A DNA stretch of 64,000 nt from an uncultured Acidimicrobiia bacterium. GTDB taxonomy: Bacteria > Actinomycetota > Acidimicrobiia > Acidimicrobiales > AC-14. Below, piece after piece: positions 1 to 9,766 of this stretch. How positions within the stretch are numbered: position 1 is the first letter of the stretch; each line of letters starts with the position of its first letter. The notes beneath the pieces were generated by a model. That model was given only the letters and a program-made list of their open reading frames with translations, did not search any database and had not been told where the DNA came from. Position numbers and translations under genes: made by a program. The DNA lies in NCBI GenBank assembly GCA_963836205.1, contig CAWIIV010000024.1, positions 64,001 to 128,000 on the forward strand, given 5' to 3'.

Positions 1-1136
1 AGATCGAGCGCCATGGCCAGTCCCGAGCTGACCAGGGTGACGACGGCCCCGCCGGCAACGGTGGAGAACCGGGGCAGCAGTTCGTCGAGGGGCCGGGCCC
101 CCTTCCGGGGCGCCACCACCGCCACCAGCAGGAACAGGCCTCCCAGCCACACGCTCACCGATGCCATGTGGACGAGGCGGGCGGACATCCCGAGCGGCCC
201 GGCACCCGCGCTGTGGCCCACCGCGCCCAGCGTTTGCAGCACCCCGAGCCCGATGCCGACCCCCGCCATCCGCCAGGCCCACGAGGCCGCCACCCGGGCG
301 CCGCCGGCCAGCAGTCCCCAGACCAGGGCGCCGGCCACGCCGAGCAGGAGGAGGCGGGTGGCCGCGACCCGGCCGAACCGGAACTTGAGCAGGTCACCGA
401 CTCCCGCCGGCACGATGCCATCGGTGACGGGCGCCCCGTTCGCCACCGCCAGCTGGGTCACGGCCAGGAGGAGGCCGGCGGTGGCCGCGGCCGCGAGCGC
501 GACCCAGACGAACGTGCGGGCCCAACGGTCGGAGGTGCCCGCCGGCCACACGACCACCAGGAAGACGACTGCACCCACCGCGGCCGCCACTCCGAGGTCG
601 AGGGCCATGCGGGCGACGACCTGGGCCACACCGAGCCGGGTGTCGAGGTGCGACTCGGCGATGGGGCCGGAGGCAGTGGCGCCGTCGGCCCGGTGGAGTC
701 CGGCCTCCCCGAAGTCGAACACGAAGGTCCCGAAGATCACCGACGCGTCCTCGCCTACTGCCCGCCAGCCGACCGAGTACGTCCCCCGACCAACGGCCGG
801 CACCGGCGCGGCCAAGACCCGCCGGTCACCGCCGGGATGGGTCGGCCGGGGCAGCCCGAACGCCCCGCCGTCGTCGGCCAGCCAGATGGCGCTGCCCTCC
901 AGCTCCACCGGCTCGCCGAACCGCAGCACGATCCGGTCGAGGACCTCGACCACCTGCCCCGGGCGGGGCTCGCTGGCCACGTCGGTTGTGTGGGCCGAGG
1001 CGGGGGGCGCAACCCCGAGCGACGCCAGCGTCGCCAGCCCCGTGGCCGCGCCGAGGCGGAGCCACGTGCCGGCGGCACGCCTGCACGAGCGTGGGGTCAC
1101 GTGCAGGCGTGCCGCTCGAAGCGACGGCAACCTCAT
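1..1136 (-). CDS. CopC-CopD fusion copper resistance/uptake protein (3' end runs off the window)
   Basis: Manual minus-strand translation from ATG 1136, which overlaps the upstream TGA. Signal peptide ends ASA-H (N-terminal His typical of CopC), followed by 'SEPRPGQVV...LRFGEPVE...YSVGWRAVGED', then multiple TM helices with 'GH' and 'LVHMASVSVWLGGL' CopD-type motifs. Absent from the ORF track because it has no stop within the window. Confidence 0.85.
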   Translation of the reverse strand, partial: MRLPSLRAARLHVTPRSCRRAAGTWLRLGAATGLATLASLGVAPPASAHTTDVASEPRPGQVVEVLDRIVLRFGEPVELEGSAIWLADDGGAFGLPRPTHPGGDRRVLAAPVPAVGRGTYSVGWRAVGEDASVIFGTFVFDFGEAGLHRADGATASGPIAESHLDTRLGVAQVVARMALDLGVAAAVGAVVFLVVVWPAGTSDRWARTFVWVALAAAATAGLLLAVTQLAVANGAPVTDGIVPAGVGDLLKFRFGRVAATRLLLLGVAGALVWGLLAGGARVAASWAWRMAGVGIGLGVLQTLGAVGHSAGAGPLGMSARLVHMASVSVWLGGLFLLVAVVAPRKGARPLDELLPRFSTVAGGAVVTLVSSGLAMALD

Positions 1137-3253
1137 CAGCAGGGGGGACCGATCGGGTTGCGCTGCTTGCACGTGAGACGGGCCGACCAGGCGGGCGGGA
1201 GCTTCTGGACCCAGCCGTTGTAGACGAGAGGGATGGCGAGCACGCCCTGGCCGCCCATGCCCGCGTACTGCACGACGGCGTCGTCGGCCCGGGTCGCGGG
1301 GGCGGGGTCGAGGACCATCTTGCCGACGATGGCGGCGTCGGAGGCGTCGCCGTCGCCGTTGGGGTCACCGTCGAGCACCATCAGGGTGTTCGAGAACTTG
1401 TTCGACAGGTAGCCGTAGTACCCGCCACCCGCCTTGGCCCCGAAGTTGATGCCGTGGCAGCCGGGGTCGCACGGCAGGCTCTTGATGACCGTGTCGGTGC
1501 CGACATCGACCACCGCGACCGTGCCCGACATGGTGTTGGCGCTCAGCAGGTACTTCCCGTCCGGGCTCACCGGCAGCTGGATGGGGAGCAGCCCGATGTC
1601 GCCGTGGGCGCCGGTGACCAGGTCGTAGTTGGTGTCGAGGCGGATCGTCTTGCGGATCACGGGCACCCCGCCTTCGACGCAGGCGGGCTTGGTCACGTCG
1701 ATCGACACGCACGAGATGCTGTTGGCCAGCAGGTTGGCCACGTAGTACTTCGACGAGTTCGGTGTCATCGAGGACGCGATCGGCAGCCTCGCCAGCCGCG
1801 GTTTCTGGATGATCCGCCCCGAAGGGACGTCCCAGAGGGTGGCCTCGTCGGTGTTGGGGTCGGGCGCCACCATGAGCTGGCCGTCGGCGCTCATCCAGTG
1901 GGCGTGGGGATGGGCCACCGGCTCACCTTCCCGCTGGGCGAGCAGGCGGCGGTCGATCTTGGCCGCGTAGGGGGCGAGCTCGACCACCGCGTTCGCTCCG
2001 TTCAAGGCCACGTGGAGCTGGTCGGTGTCGGTTCGGGTCATCACGTGCGACGGGGCGTTGCCGACCTGCACCCGCCGCAACAGTTGCAGCGTCTCCCGGT
2101 CGAACACGTCGAGGTGATCGCTGAACCACTCCGTCTGGTAGATGAAGCGCTGGTCCTTGTCGGTCCACATGTTGTGGGGGTTGTTCATGTTGATCCCGGG
2201 CAGGGCCACCTTCTTCGACACCGTCCAGTTCTCGACGTCCACCGCCGTCGCCGTGCCCGGCTTGGTCTTGCCCGCCGTCTTCTCGAACTGGGTGTCGATC
2301 CACACCTCGCCCACGCCGGGGATCGCCGGCTTCTGGTTGGCGGGGGGCAGGACCTTGGGCTCCTTGAAGTACTTCTGGAAGAAGCCGTCGAGGGTCGGGA
2401 GCAGCGACGGCGTGCCGTTGGCCTTGTAGGTGAGGATCGGGGCCGCCGGGTACGACGGGTCCCACGTGACCGGGGCGGTGGCGCTGAACGTCTGCCAGTT
2501 GGACGGGACGGTGGCAGTGAAGAAGGTCCGCACCAGCCGGAAGATGATGTCGGAGAACGTCGGGACGACGGTGGCCCCGTCGTACATGTTGATGATCGAC
2601 TGCTTCCCGAAGTCGAGCCCGACGGAGAGGGGGTCGTCGACCACGGCCGCCCCCAGCATGTAGGGGTGGATCTTGCAGGTGAAGGCGTAGAGGCCGGGCT
2701 CGGTGAACTCGTACTCCCTCGTCCCGACGAAGCCCGCCGTCTGGTCCATGATCGGCGCCCCCACCGGCCGGATCAGCGACGTGACCGAGTGGTTGGTGTC
2801 CGCCCCCGTCTCGGGGCCGACGATGAACGTGGCCTTGGTCTGGATGCCCGGCAGCTTGAGGACGGGGGCCAGCGACTTCCCGCCGAACAGGGTGAGGCCG
2901 GTGTCGAACCACGAGCCGGGTTCGTCGGTGATCTTGAACGTGGGGCTGAACAGGTTGATCGGCAGCGTGCCGAGCAGCTGGCTCAGCCCGTTCGTCCCGC
3001 CCTGGCCCTTGAGCAGGTCGAGCTTGTTCAGGTCGAGGCCGACCGGGAGAAGGCCGAGCAGGCTGGCCAGGTCGGCGGAGGTCGGCAGCTTGGGCAGGTC
3101 GATCTCGCCCAGCGGCACCCCCGGGATGACGCTCTGCTGGGCCCGGGCCTCCTTCGCCGTCGGGAGCAGCAGCAGGACTGAGGCCATGGCGAGCAGGACG
3201 ATGCCGGCCTTGCGCCCGGCCGTCAGGGGTCGGTGGGTTCGCGTCAGGTTCAT
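1136..3253 (-). CDS. Secreted cupredoxin + YVTN/YncE-like beta-propeller protein (putative copper enzyme)
   Basis: Signal peptide (MNLTRTHR...ARA). Type-1 Cu ligands H...CKIHPYM. C-terminal propeller blades NNPHNMW, PSHVM, HPHAHW, GCHGINF. The true start is ATG 3253, inside the longer track ORF 1136..5041. Confidence 0.8.
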   Translation of the reverse strand: MNLTRTHRPLTAGRKAGIVLLAMASVLLLLPTAKEARAQQSVIPGVPLGEIDLPKLPTSADLASLLGLLPVGLDLNKLDLLKGQGGTNGLSQLLGTLPINLFSPTFKITDEPGSWFDTGLTLFGGKSLAPVLKLPGIQTKATFIVGPETGADTNHSVTSLIRPVGAPIMDQTAGFVGTREYEFTEPGLYAFTCKIHPYMLGAAVVDDPLSVGLDFGKQSIINMYDGATVVPTFSDIIFRLVRTFFTATVPSNWQTFSATAPVTWDPSYPAAPILTYKANGTPSLLPTLDGFFQKYFKEPKVLPPANQKPAIPGVGEVWIDTQFEKTAGKTKPGTATAVDVENWTVSKKVALPGINMNNPHNMWTDKDQRFIYQTEWFSDHLDVFDRETLQLLRRVQVGNAPSHVMTRTDTDQLHVALNGANAVVELAPYAAKIDRRLLAQREGEPVAHPHAHWMSADGQLMVAPDPNTDEATLWDVPSGRIIQKPRLARLPIASSMTPNSSKYYVANLLANSISCVSIDVTKPACVEGGVPVIRKTIRLDTNYDLVTGAHGDIGLLPIQLPVSPDGKYLLSANTMSGTVAVVDVGTDTVIKSLPCDPGCHGINFGAKAGGGYYGYLSNKFSNTLMVLDGDPNGDGDASDAAIVGKMVLDPAPATRADDAVVQYAGMGGQGVLAIPLVYNGWVQKLPPAWSARLTCKQRNPIGPPC

Positions 3254-3294
3254 GAGTGTGTGTGCCAGTCCCTTTCGGTCAGAGCTTGAAGACT

Positions 3295-4989
3295 TCAAAA
3301 CTTGAAGACGACGAAGAACCCAACTGCGCCGGCCACCAGCACCAGCCCGGCGATGATCCCCACCACCAACCACCACGTGGATGCCGCGCTCCCGCCCGAG
3401 CCGCCGCCCAGCCCGAGGGCCGACTCGCCGTGGCCCGACGCCGAGACGTCGACGATCGTGACCATGCCGGTCATGCCAGTGGAGTCCGCCCCCGCGGCGG
3501 CGCCGCTCATGCTGTGGGTGTCGCCGTCCTTGTGGGAGTGCCCGAAGATGTGGCAGTGGAGCAGCCACTTTCCCGGGTTGGTGAAGGTGGCGATCAGGTC
3601 GAGGGTCTGGCCCGGCGAGATCGTCACCGTGTCCATCCGATCCGGCTCCTTGATGGGGATGCCGTCCTGCGCCACCACCTCGAACGGCGTTCCGTGCAGG
3701 TGGACGGCATGCACCTGGTCGCCGGTGTCGACCACCCGGATACGGATCTTCTGGCCCACCTCCGCCTTCAGCGTCGTCGTCGCGGGGTAGGACTTGCCGT
3801 TGAACGTGAAGCCGAGGTCGGTGTCGCCGATCATCACCCGGTAGTCGTGGTCGGCCTTGAAGTCGCCCTTCTTCGGCACCACCTCGAACATCCCGTAGAG
3901 GCCCTTGCCGATGTGCCGGCCCGACGAGTGGGTGTGGTACCAGTGGGTCCCGGTGGCGACGGCGGTGAACTCGTAGGTGTAGGTCTCCCCGGGCATGATC
4001 GCGGGCTGGGTGATGCCCGGCACCCCGTCCTGGGAGTTGGGTAGCACCATCCCGTGCCAGTGGACCCCGGTGTCGAAGGGCAGGTCGTTCTTGACGACCA
4101 TCCGCACCTTGTCGCCCTCGTCCACCCGGAGGACGGGTCCCGGGATCACCCCGTTGAAGGCGTAGGCCGGCTTCACCACCCCCGGCTCGACCTCCTGCAT
4201 CACCTCCACCATGGCGAGGTCGAAGACTTTGACGTCGCCGACGGTCTGGAACGGGGCGAGGGTCGTCCCGTCGCCGAGGGGTTTGCCGGCCGACTCGAGC
4301 GACGACGACGTCGGGGCCGCGGTGGGGGCCGCGACCGTCGTGGGGGGCACCGACGAGGGGGCCGTGGTGGTCGCGGTCTGGCGGGTGGTGGTGGCAGCCG
4401 GCCGGGGGGCCGAGGGGACGGTCGTGGGCACCACCACCACCTGGGGGAGCGGTTCGCCGTCGAGGCCGAGGGCGAGCACGAGGGGGACTCCCCCGGAGGC
4501 GGCCGCCGGTGCCGCCGGTGCCGGGCTGGCGGCCACGGCTGCGGGGGTGACCGGCGCCGCGGGGGCGGCCGGGGCCGGCGCCGGGCTGGCCGGGAGGAGG
4601 GGGTCGGGCGCGGCCGCCGCCGGCGCCGCGGGGGCGGGTGCGCCGCCTCCGCCGTCCACCACCACCGAGCCGGTCATGAACGTGTGAAGGCGGCAGATGT
4701 AGTTGAACACCCCGGCCTCGCCGAAGGTGAAGGAGTAGGAACCGCCCTGGGAGAACTCGGGCGACGCCATCGGGCCGCCGTGGACGGTGTGGCGGTCGGC
4801 GTCGAAGTTCGTCCACGTGACCGAGTCGCCCACGCCGACGTGGACCTCGGACGGAAGGAACGCCGACCCCCGGATGTCGACGCTCGCCGACGCCGCCGCC
4901 GCCCGACCCACGAACGGCGCCATGCTGGCGATGACCGCGACTGCCGCGGCTGCCGCTGCCGCCCGCCTGCCCCCGATGACCCCGACCAT
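3295..4989 (-). CDS. Two-domain multicopper oxidase with extra N-terminal plastocyanin-like domain and C-terminal membrane anchor
   Basis: N-terminal cupredoxin (HTVHG...YICRLHTFM), Pro/Ala/Thr linker, MCO motifs HWHG, WYHTH, HAVHLHG and HCHIFGH, and a C-terminal hydrophobic helix. Confidence 0.88.
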   Translation of the reverse strand: MVGVIGGRRAAAAAAAVAVIASMAPFVGRAAAASASVDIRGSAFLPSEVHVGVGDSVTWTNFDADRHTVHGGPMASPEFSQGGSYSFTFGEAGVFNYICRLHTFMTGSVVVDGGGGAPAPAAPAAAAPDPLLPASPAPAPAAPAAPVTPAAVAASPAPAAPAAASGGVPLVLALGLDGEPLPQVVVVPTTVPSAPRPAATTTRQTATTTAPSSVPPTTVAAPTAAPTSSSLESAGKPLGDGTTLAPFQTVGDVKVFDLAMVEVMQEVEPGVVKPAYAFNGVIPGPVLRVDEGDKVRMVVKNDLPFDTGVHWHGMVLPNSQDGVPGITQPAIMPGETYTYEFTAVATGTHWYHTHSSGRHIGKGLYGMFEVVPKKGDFKADHDYRVMIGDTDLGFTFNGKSYPATTTLKAEVGQKIRIRVVDTGDQVHAVHLHGTPFEVVAQDGIPIKEPDRMDTVTISPGQTLDLIATFTNPGKWLLHCHIFGHSHKDGDTHSMSGAAAGADSTGMTGMVTIVDVSASGHGESALGLGGGSGGSAASTWWLVVGIIAGLVLVAGAVGFFVVFKF

Positions 4990-5127
4990 GACCCGACCTC
5001 CGTTGGAGTGCCGCCGTGGGCCCGATCTGAACAGAGGCCAATTTCGGACGTTACTTCGGGTGGGTGAAGGACTCGTTAGCAGCCCCGCACCCCGGTCGGC
5101 GGCGGGCTGTGAGCGCCTGTTCTCCCT

Positions 5128-5212
5128 GGTTAACGCAACGTGAACCCCGAATGAGACCCCAAATGACAGTCGAAGAAAGCTCTCATTCAGGTCAAATACA
5201 GGTTCAGGTCAC
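5128..5212. promoter_or_regulatory. Putative response-regulator direct repeats upstream of the copper operon
   Basis: Minus-strand TCAT/TCAT/TCAC repeats at 11-12-nt spacing, plus two TTCAGGTC copies in an AT-richer intergenic region; resembles OmpR/PhoB-type tandem boxes. Confidence 0.3.
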
Positions 5213-5283
5213 GCAGACGAAAGCTGACAGGGAGATGATCTGATCCGTCCCGGGAGGGCGGACTCGGGGCCGGAGCCCCGGCG

Positions 5284-5661
5284 TCAGCGGGGGCCGCGGA
5301 ACGGCGCCGGCACCTGGCGCACCGGCACCAGGTCGCGCCGGTACTGGCGGTGGACCCGCTCGGCGGTCTCCCGGCTCTCCTGCACCGCCTTGGCCAGCTC
5401 TCGCCGCAGGCGGACGACCTCCTCCTCCAGCTCCATGACCGCCTTGACGCCGGCCAGGTTGAGCCCGGCCTCGGTGAGCTCGTGGATGCGGCGGAGGCGG
5501 GCGATGTCGTACTCGGAGTAGCGGCGGCTGCCCCCTCCGGTGCGGGCCGGATCCAGCAGGCCCCGCCGCTCGTAGATGCGCAGGGTCTGGGGGTGCATCC
5601 CGGCCAGCTCGGCCGCGACCGAGATCACGTAGACGCCCCGTGCCGACCCTGGCTCAGCCAT
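5284..5661 (-). CDS. hspR: Heat-shock repressor HspR (MerR family)
   Basis: VYVISVAAELAGMHPQTLRIYERRGLL motif; last gene of the dnaK operon. Confidence 0.95.
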   Translation of the reverse strand: MAEPGSARGVYVISVAAELAGMHPQTLRIYERRGLLDPARTGGGSRRYSEYDIARLRRIHELTEAGLNLAGVKAVMELEEEVVRLRRELAKAVQESRETAERVHRQYRRDLVPVRQVPAPFRGPR

Positions 5662-5688
5662 GCGTCATCCTCCCGTCGGACGAGGTTG

Positions 5689-6888
5689 TCATACCCCGAG
5701 GTGCGAACGGGGGGATTCCTTGGACGCCAGGGCCAGCGCCTCGATCGCGTCCCGCTCGGCGGTGGACAGGTGGGTGGGGACGGCGACCTCGACGGTGACC
5801 AGCAGGTCGCCCACGCCCTTGGAAACGGGCACGCCCTTGCCCTTGACCCGGAACGTCCGCCCCGACTTGGTGCCGGCCGGGATGCGCACGACCACGGTGC
5901 CGTCGAGGGTGGGGACGGTGACGTCGGCCCCCAGCACCGCCTCGGTGAAGGTGATGGGCACGGTGAGGGTGAGGTCGCGGCCCTTCCGGCCGTACAGGGG
6001 GTGGGGCGCCACGTGGACGGTGACGAACAGGTCGCCGGGCGTGCTGCTGATGCCCCCTGAGCCTCCCTTGCCCTTGAGCCGGATGCGCTGGCCCTCGTCG
6101 ACACCGGCCGGGATGCGGACCTTCACCTGGCGGGGCCGCACCTCCGACCCCGTTCCCCGGCAGGTGGGGCACGGAGTCTCCACCTTCATCCCCCGCCCCC
6201 CGCACTCGGGGCAGGCCCGGCTGAAGGAGAACAGGCCCTGGTTGTCGTCGAGCACGCCCCGTCCCGCGCACCGGGGACACACCACCGGGCTGGTGCCGGG
6301 GGCGGCACCGGTGCCGTGGCAGGTGGAGCAGGTGGCCTCCGACGTGAGGTTGACGGTGGTGGTGACCCCGTTGACAGCGTCGAGGAACGACAGGTGGAGC
6401 TCGGTCTCGTAGTCGTCGCCCCGCCGGGCGCCGGAGGCGGCACCGGACCGGCCCGCGCCCGGGCCCCCCGCGCCCCCGAACGGGCTGCCGCCGGCCCGGC
6501 CCCGTCCGAAGAGGCCCCCGAGCAGGTCGCCGAGGTCGCCGATGTTGTCGCTGTTGAAGCTGAAGCCGCCGGGGGCGCCGGCCCCGCCCGGTCGCCCGGC
6601 GCCGCCGTTGGCCCCGAAGCCGGCACCGGTCATGGGCCCCAACCGGCGCACCTCGTCGTACGACGTGCGCTTCTCGGGGTCGGACAGCACGTCGTAGGCG
6701 GCCGAGATCTCCTTGAACCGCTCGTCCTTGCCGGAGCTCGGGCCGCCGGGATTGGCGTCGGGGTGGAACTGCTTGGCCAGCTTGCGGTAGGCGCGCCGGA
6801 TCTCGGCCTCGGTGGCCGCCTGCGGCACACCCAGGGCCTTGTAATAGTCCTTCTCGAACCATTCGCGCTGCGGCGGGGTGGCGGCCAC
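5689..6888 (-). CDS. dnaJ: Chaperone DnaJ
   Basis: J-domain with HPD, G/F-rich region, four CxxCxGxG motifs. Confidence 0.97.
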   Translation of the reverse strand: MAATPPQREWFEKDYYKALGVPQAATEAEIRRAYRKLAKQFHPDANPGGPSSGKDERFKEISAAYDVLSDPEKRTSYDEVRRLGPMTGAGFGANGGAGRPGGAGAPGGFSFNSDNIGDLGDLLGGLFGRGRAGGSPFGGAGGPGAGRSGAASGARRGDDYETELHLSFLDAVNGVTTTVNLTSEATCSTCHGTGAAPGTSPVVCPRCAGRGVLDDNQGLFSFSRACPECGGRGMKVETPCPTCRGTGSEVRPRQVKVRIPAGVDEGQRIRLKGKGGSGGISSTPGDLFVTVHVAPHPLYGRKGRDLTLTVPITFTEAVLGADVTVPTLDGTVVVRIPAGTKSGRTFRVKGKGVPVSKGVGDLLVTVEVAVPTHLSTAERDAIEALALASKESPRSHLGV

Positions 6889-6901
6889 GGCGGACCTCGG
6901 C

Positions 6902-7456
6902 CTAGCCCTTGACCTTCACCATGGCGGGGCGCACGACGCGGCCCTTCCAGCGGTAGCCGGGGCGGAGGACCGCCGACACCACCTGAGTGCCGTCGCCGTC
7001 TTCGTGGGCCACCGCGTCGGCCTCGTTGGGGTCGAACGCCCGCCCCATGGGGTCGATGCGCTCGAGCCCCTCCTTGGAGAGGACGCCGACCAGGCGGGCG
7101 CCGACCTGCTCGAAGCCCTCGCCGTGGGCCTGGGCCCCGTCGAGGACGTCGAGCACCTCGAGCAGCTTGACGATCAGGCCCTCGTTGGCCCGCTCCAGGT
7201 GCTCGGTCTGCTGCTTGATCATCCGCTTGCGGAAGTTGTCGAAGTCGGCCCGGGTGCGGAGGAGCTGGTCGTAGTAGTCGTCGCGCTCGGCGGCGAGGGT
7301 GTCGAGGTCGCTCATCACCGCCTCGGCCAGCTCGTCACCGAGCTGGTTGTCGGTGGGCGCGGCGCCCCCCGCGTCGGGCGCCGCCGCCGCCGGGGCGGCC
7401 GCCGCCGGCGCGGCCTGGGCCTGATCGACCTGGGGGTCGTCACGCACGTCGCTCAC
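6902..7456 (-). CDS. grpE: Nucleotide exchange factor GrpE
   Basis: RADFDNFRKR and FDPNEADAV...GY...VRPAMVKV motifs. Probable GTG start at 7456. Confidence 0.93.
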   Translation of the reverse strand: MSDVRDDPQVDQAQAAPAAAAPAAAAPDAGGAAPTDNQLGDELAEAVMSDLDTLAAERDDYYDQLLRTRADFDNFRKRMIKQQTEHLERANEGLIVKLLEVLDVLDGAQAHGEGFEQVGARLVGVLSKEGLERIDPMGRAFDPNEADAVAHEDGDGTQVVSAVLRPGYRWKGRVVRPAMVKVKG

Positions 7457-7481
7457 CTCGTCGCCGTCGTCGGGCCCCAAC

Positions 7482-9350
7482 TCATCGGGCCTCGTCGACG
7501 ATCTCCGCGTCCACAACCTCGTCGTCGTTGGACGCTCCGGCACCGCTGCCGCCGTTGGGCCCGCCGGCACCGGCACCGGCACCGGCACCGTCGGCCGACG
7601 CCGCGGTGGCCTCCGAGTACAGGCGGGCGGACACGGTCTGGGTGACGAGGGCCAGGGCCTCGGTGTCGGCCCGGACCTTGGCCAGGTCGAAGCCCTTGAG
7701 GGAGTCCTTGAGGTGCTTGATGGCCTCCTCCAGGCGCTCCTTCTCGTCGGCCGTGAGGCGCTTGGCCTCGGACTCGTCCTCCCGGATCATGCGCTCCGTT
7801 TGGTACACCATCGTGTCGGCCTGGTTGCGGGCCTCGGCCTCTTCCTTGCGGACCCGGTCCTCCTCGGCGTGGGCCTCGGCGTCGCGGACCATCTGCTGGA
7901 TGTCGTCCTTGCTCAGCGCCGACTGACCGGTGATGGTCATCGACTGCTCCTTGCCCGTGGCCCGGTCCTTGGCCGACACGTGGACGATGCCGTTGGCGTC
8001 GATGTCGAACGTGACCTCGATCTGAGGAATGCCCCGGAGGGCCGGCGGCAGGCCGACGAGCTGGAACTTGCCCAGCGTCTTGTTGTAGCTGGCCATCTCC
8101 CGCTCGCCCTGGAGCACGTGGATCTCCACCGACGGCTGCATGTCCTCGGCGGTGGTGAACACCTCGGTGCGGCGGGTGGGGATCGTGGTGTTGCGCTCGA
8201 TGAGCTTGGTCATGATGCTGCCCCGGGTCTCGATGCCCAGGGACAGGGGGGTGACGTCGAGCAGGAGGACGTCCTTGACGTCGCCCTTGAGCACGCCGGC
8301 CTGGATGGCGGCGCCGACGGCGACGACCTCGTCCGGGTTCACGCCCTTGTGGGCGTCCTTGTTGGTGATCTTGTAGACCAGTTCCTGCACCGCGGGCATG
8401 CGGGTGGAGCCGCCCACGAGGATCACGTGCTCGAGGTCGGCGGCGGTGAGGCCGGCGTCCTTGATGGCCTGCTCGAACGGTCCCCGGCACTGGTCGAGGA
8501 GGTCCTTGGTCATCTCCTGGAACTTGGCCCGGGTGAGCTTGGTGTCGAGGTGGAGCGGCCCCGCGTCGGTGGCGGTGATGAAGGGCAGGTTGATGGTGGT
8601 CTCCTGCACCGTCGACAACTCGATCTTGGCCTTCTCACCCGCCTCCTTGAGGCGCTGGACGGCCATCTTGTCCTTGGACAGGTCGACGCCGTGCTCGTTC
8701 TTGAACGTCTCGACCAGCCAGTCGATCACCCGCTGGTCCCAGTCGTCGCCGCCCAGGTGGGTGTTGCCGCTGGTGGACTTGACCTCGAACACCCCGTCGC
8801 CGATCTCGAGGATCGAGACGTCGAACGTGCCGCCGCCGAGGTCGAAGACGACGATGGTCTGCTCCGCGCCCTCCTTGTCGAGGCCGTAGGCGAGGGCGGC
8901 GGCGGTGGGCTCGTTGATGATGCGCAGGACCTCGAGGCCGGCGATGGCGCCCGCCTCCTTGGTGGCCTGGCGCTGCGAGTCGTCGAAGTAGGCGGGGACG
9001 GTGATGACGGCCTGGGTGACCGACTCGCCCAGGTAGGACTCGGCGTCGCGCTTGAGCTTCTGGAGGATGCGGGCGCTGATCTCCTGGGGGTTGTACTTCT
9101 TGCCGTCGATGTTGACGGACCAGTTGGTGCCCATGTGGCGCTTGACGGAGCGGATGGTGCGGTCGGGGTTGGTGATGGCCTGGCGCTTGGCCACCTCGCC
9201 CACCAGCACCTCGCCGGTCTTGGAGAACCCGACGACGGACGGGGTGGTGCGGCCGCCCTCGGCGTTGGCGATGACGGTGGGCTCGCCCGCCTCCAGCACG
9301 GAGACGACCGAGTTGGTGGTACCGAGGTCGATACCGACGGCCTTGGGCAT
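7482..9350 (-). CDS. dnaK: Chaperone DnaK (Hsp70)
   Basis: [15 protein letters not shown] and DLGGGTFD motifs; ATG at 9350. Confidence 0.98.
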   Translation of the reverse strand: MPKAVGIDLGTTNSVVSVLEAGEPTVIANAEGGRTTPSVVGFSKTGEVLVGEVAKRQAITNPDRTIRSVKRHMGTNWSVNIDGKKYNPQEISARILQKLKRDAESYLGESVTQAVITVPAYFDDSQRQATKEAGAIAGLEVLRIINEPTAAALAYGLDKEGAEQTIVVFDLGGGTFDVSILEIGDGVFEVKSTSGNTHLGGDDWDQRVIDWLVETFKNEHGVDLSKDKMAVQRLKEAGEKAKIELSTVQETTINLPFITATDAGPLHLDTKLTRAKFQEMTKDLLDQCRGPFEQAIKDAGLTAADLEHVILVGGSTRMPAVQELVYKITNKDAHKGVNPDEVVAVGAAIQAGVLKGDVKDVLLLDVTPLSLGIETRGSIMTKLIERNTTIPTRRTEVFTTAEDMQPSVEIHVLQGEREMASYNKTLGKFQLVGLPPALRGIPQIEVTFDIDANGIVHVSAKDRATGKEQSMTITGQSALSKDDIQQMVRDAEAHAEEDRVRKEEAEARNQADTMVYQTERMIREDESEAKRLTADEKERLEEAIKHLKDSLKGFDLAKVRADTEALALVTQTVSARLYSEATAASADGAGAGAGAGGPNGGSGAGASNDDEVVDAEIVDEAR

Positions 9351-9403
9351 GAGATCTTTCCTCCCGGAACGTACGGAGTCTGTAAACACCTGACAGTAAC
9401 AAA

Positions 9404-9424
9404 CTTGAGTCAATCCTTATCAAG
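9404..9424. promoter_or_regulatory. HAIR (HspR-associated inverted repeat) operator
   Basis: CTTGAGT-N7-TATCAAG versus consensus CTTGAGT-N7-ACTCAAG, about 55 bp upstream of dnaK. Confidence 0.8.
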
Positions 9425-9506
9425 GGCTGACGGTCGCAGGCTATTCCGGGTGCGGGGCCTAGTTGGGCGCGGCACGCTCGGCCGCGGGATGTCATGCTTC
9501 CCGCTC

Positions 9507-9746
9507 ATGGCCAACATCCGGGTCAAGCTCACCTTCCCCGAGCAGCTCATCAAGCAGCCGCTCCTGGGCCGGCTGGAGCGGATGTTCGAGGTGCTGCCCA
9601 ACATCCGACGGGCCAACATCGAGGACGACTTCGGCTGGATCGTCTGCGAGCTCACCGGCGAGCCCGACTCCGTCGACAAGGCCCTGGCCTGGTTGGAGGA
9701 AGAGGGCGTCGAGGTCAGCCACCTGGGCGACGTGGTCGAGTCCTAG
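9507..9746 (+). CDS. Stand-alone NIL-domain protein
   Basis: 79 aa: RVKLTFPEQLIKQPLL...NIRRANI...GWIVCELTG...ALAWLEEEGVEV. Confidence 0.8.
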   Translation: MANIRVKLTFPEQLIKQPLLGRLERMFEVLPNIRRANIEDDFGWIVCELTGEPDSVDKALAWLEEEGVEVSHLGDVVES

Positions 9747-9766
9747 TTTCGGGCTAGACCAACACC

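Noticed and set aside
1136-3253. Calling the propeller protein NosZ or cd1 nitrite reductase
   Set aside because: No binuclear CuA motif, no CxxCH, reversed domain order and no nos/nir accessory genes.
3295-4989. Calling the MCO a NirK
   Set aside because: The type-1 Cys is in domain 2 and the full trinuclear His motifs are present, matching a two-domain laccase.
1136-5041. 1301-aa track ORF as one giant protein
   Set aside because: The first 596 aa are an off-frame shadow of the MCO gene; the real protein begins at ATG 3253 with a signal peptide.
7713-9746. Long antisense ORFs (also 986..3181, 39522..42824, 40074..42767 and others)
   Set aside because: High-GC shadow frames; where a real gene is present (NIL protein, P450, lnt) it occupies only the terminal part.
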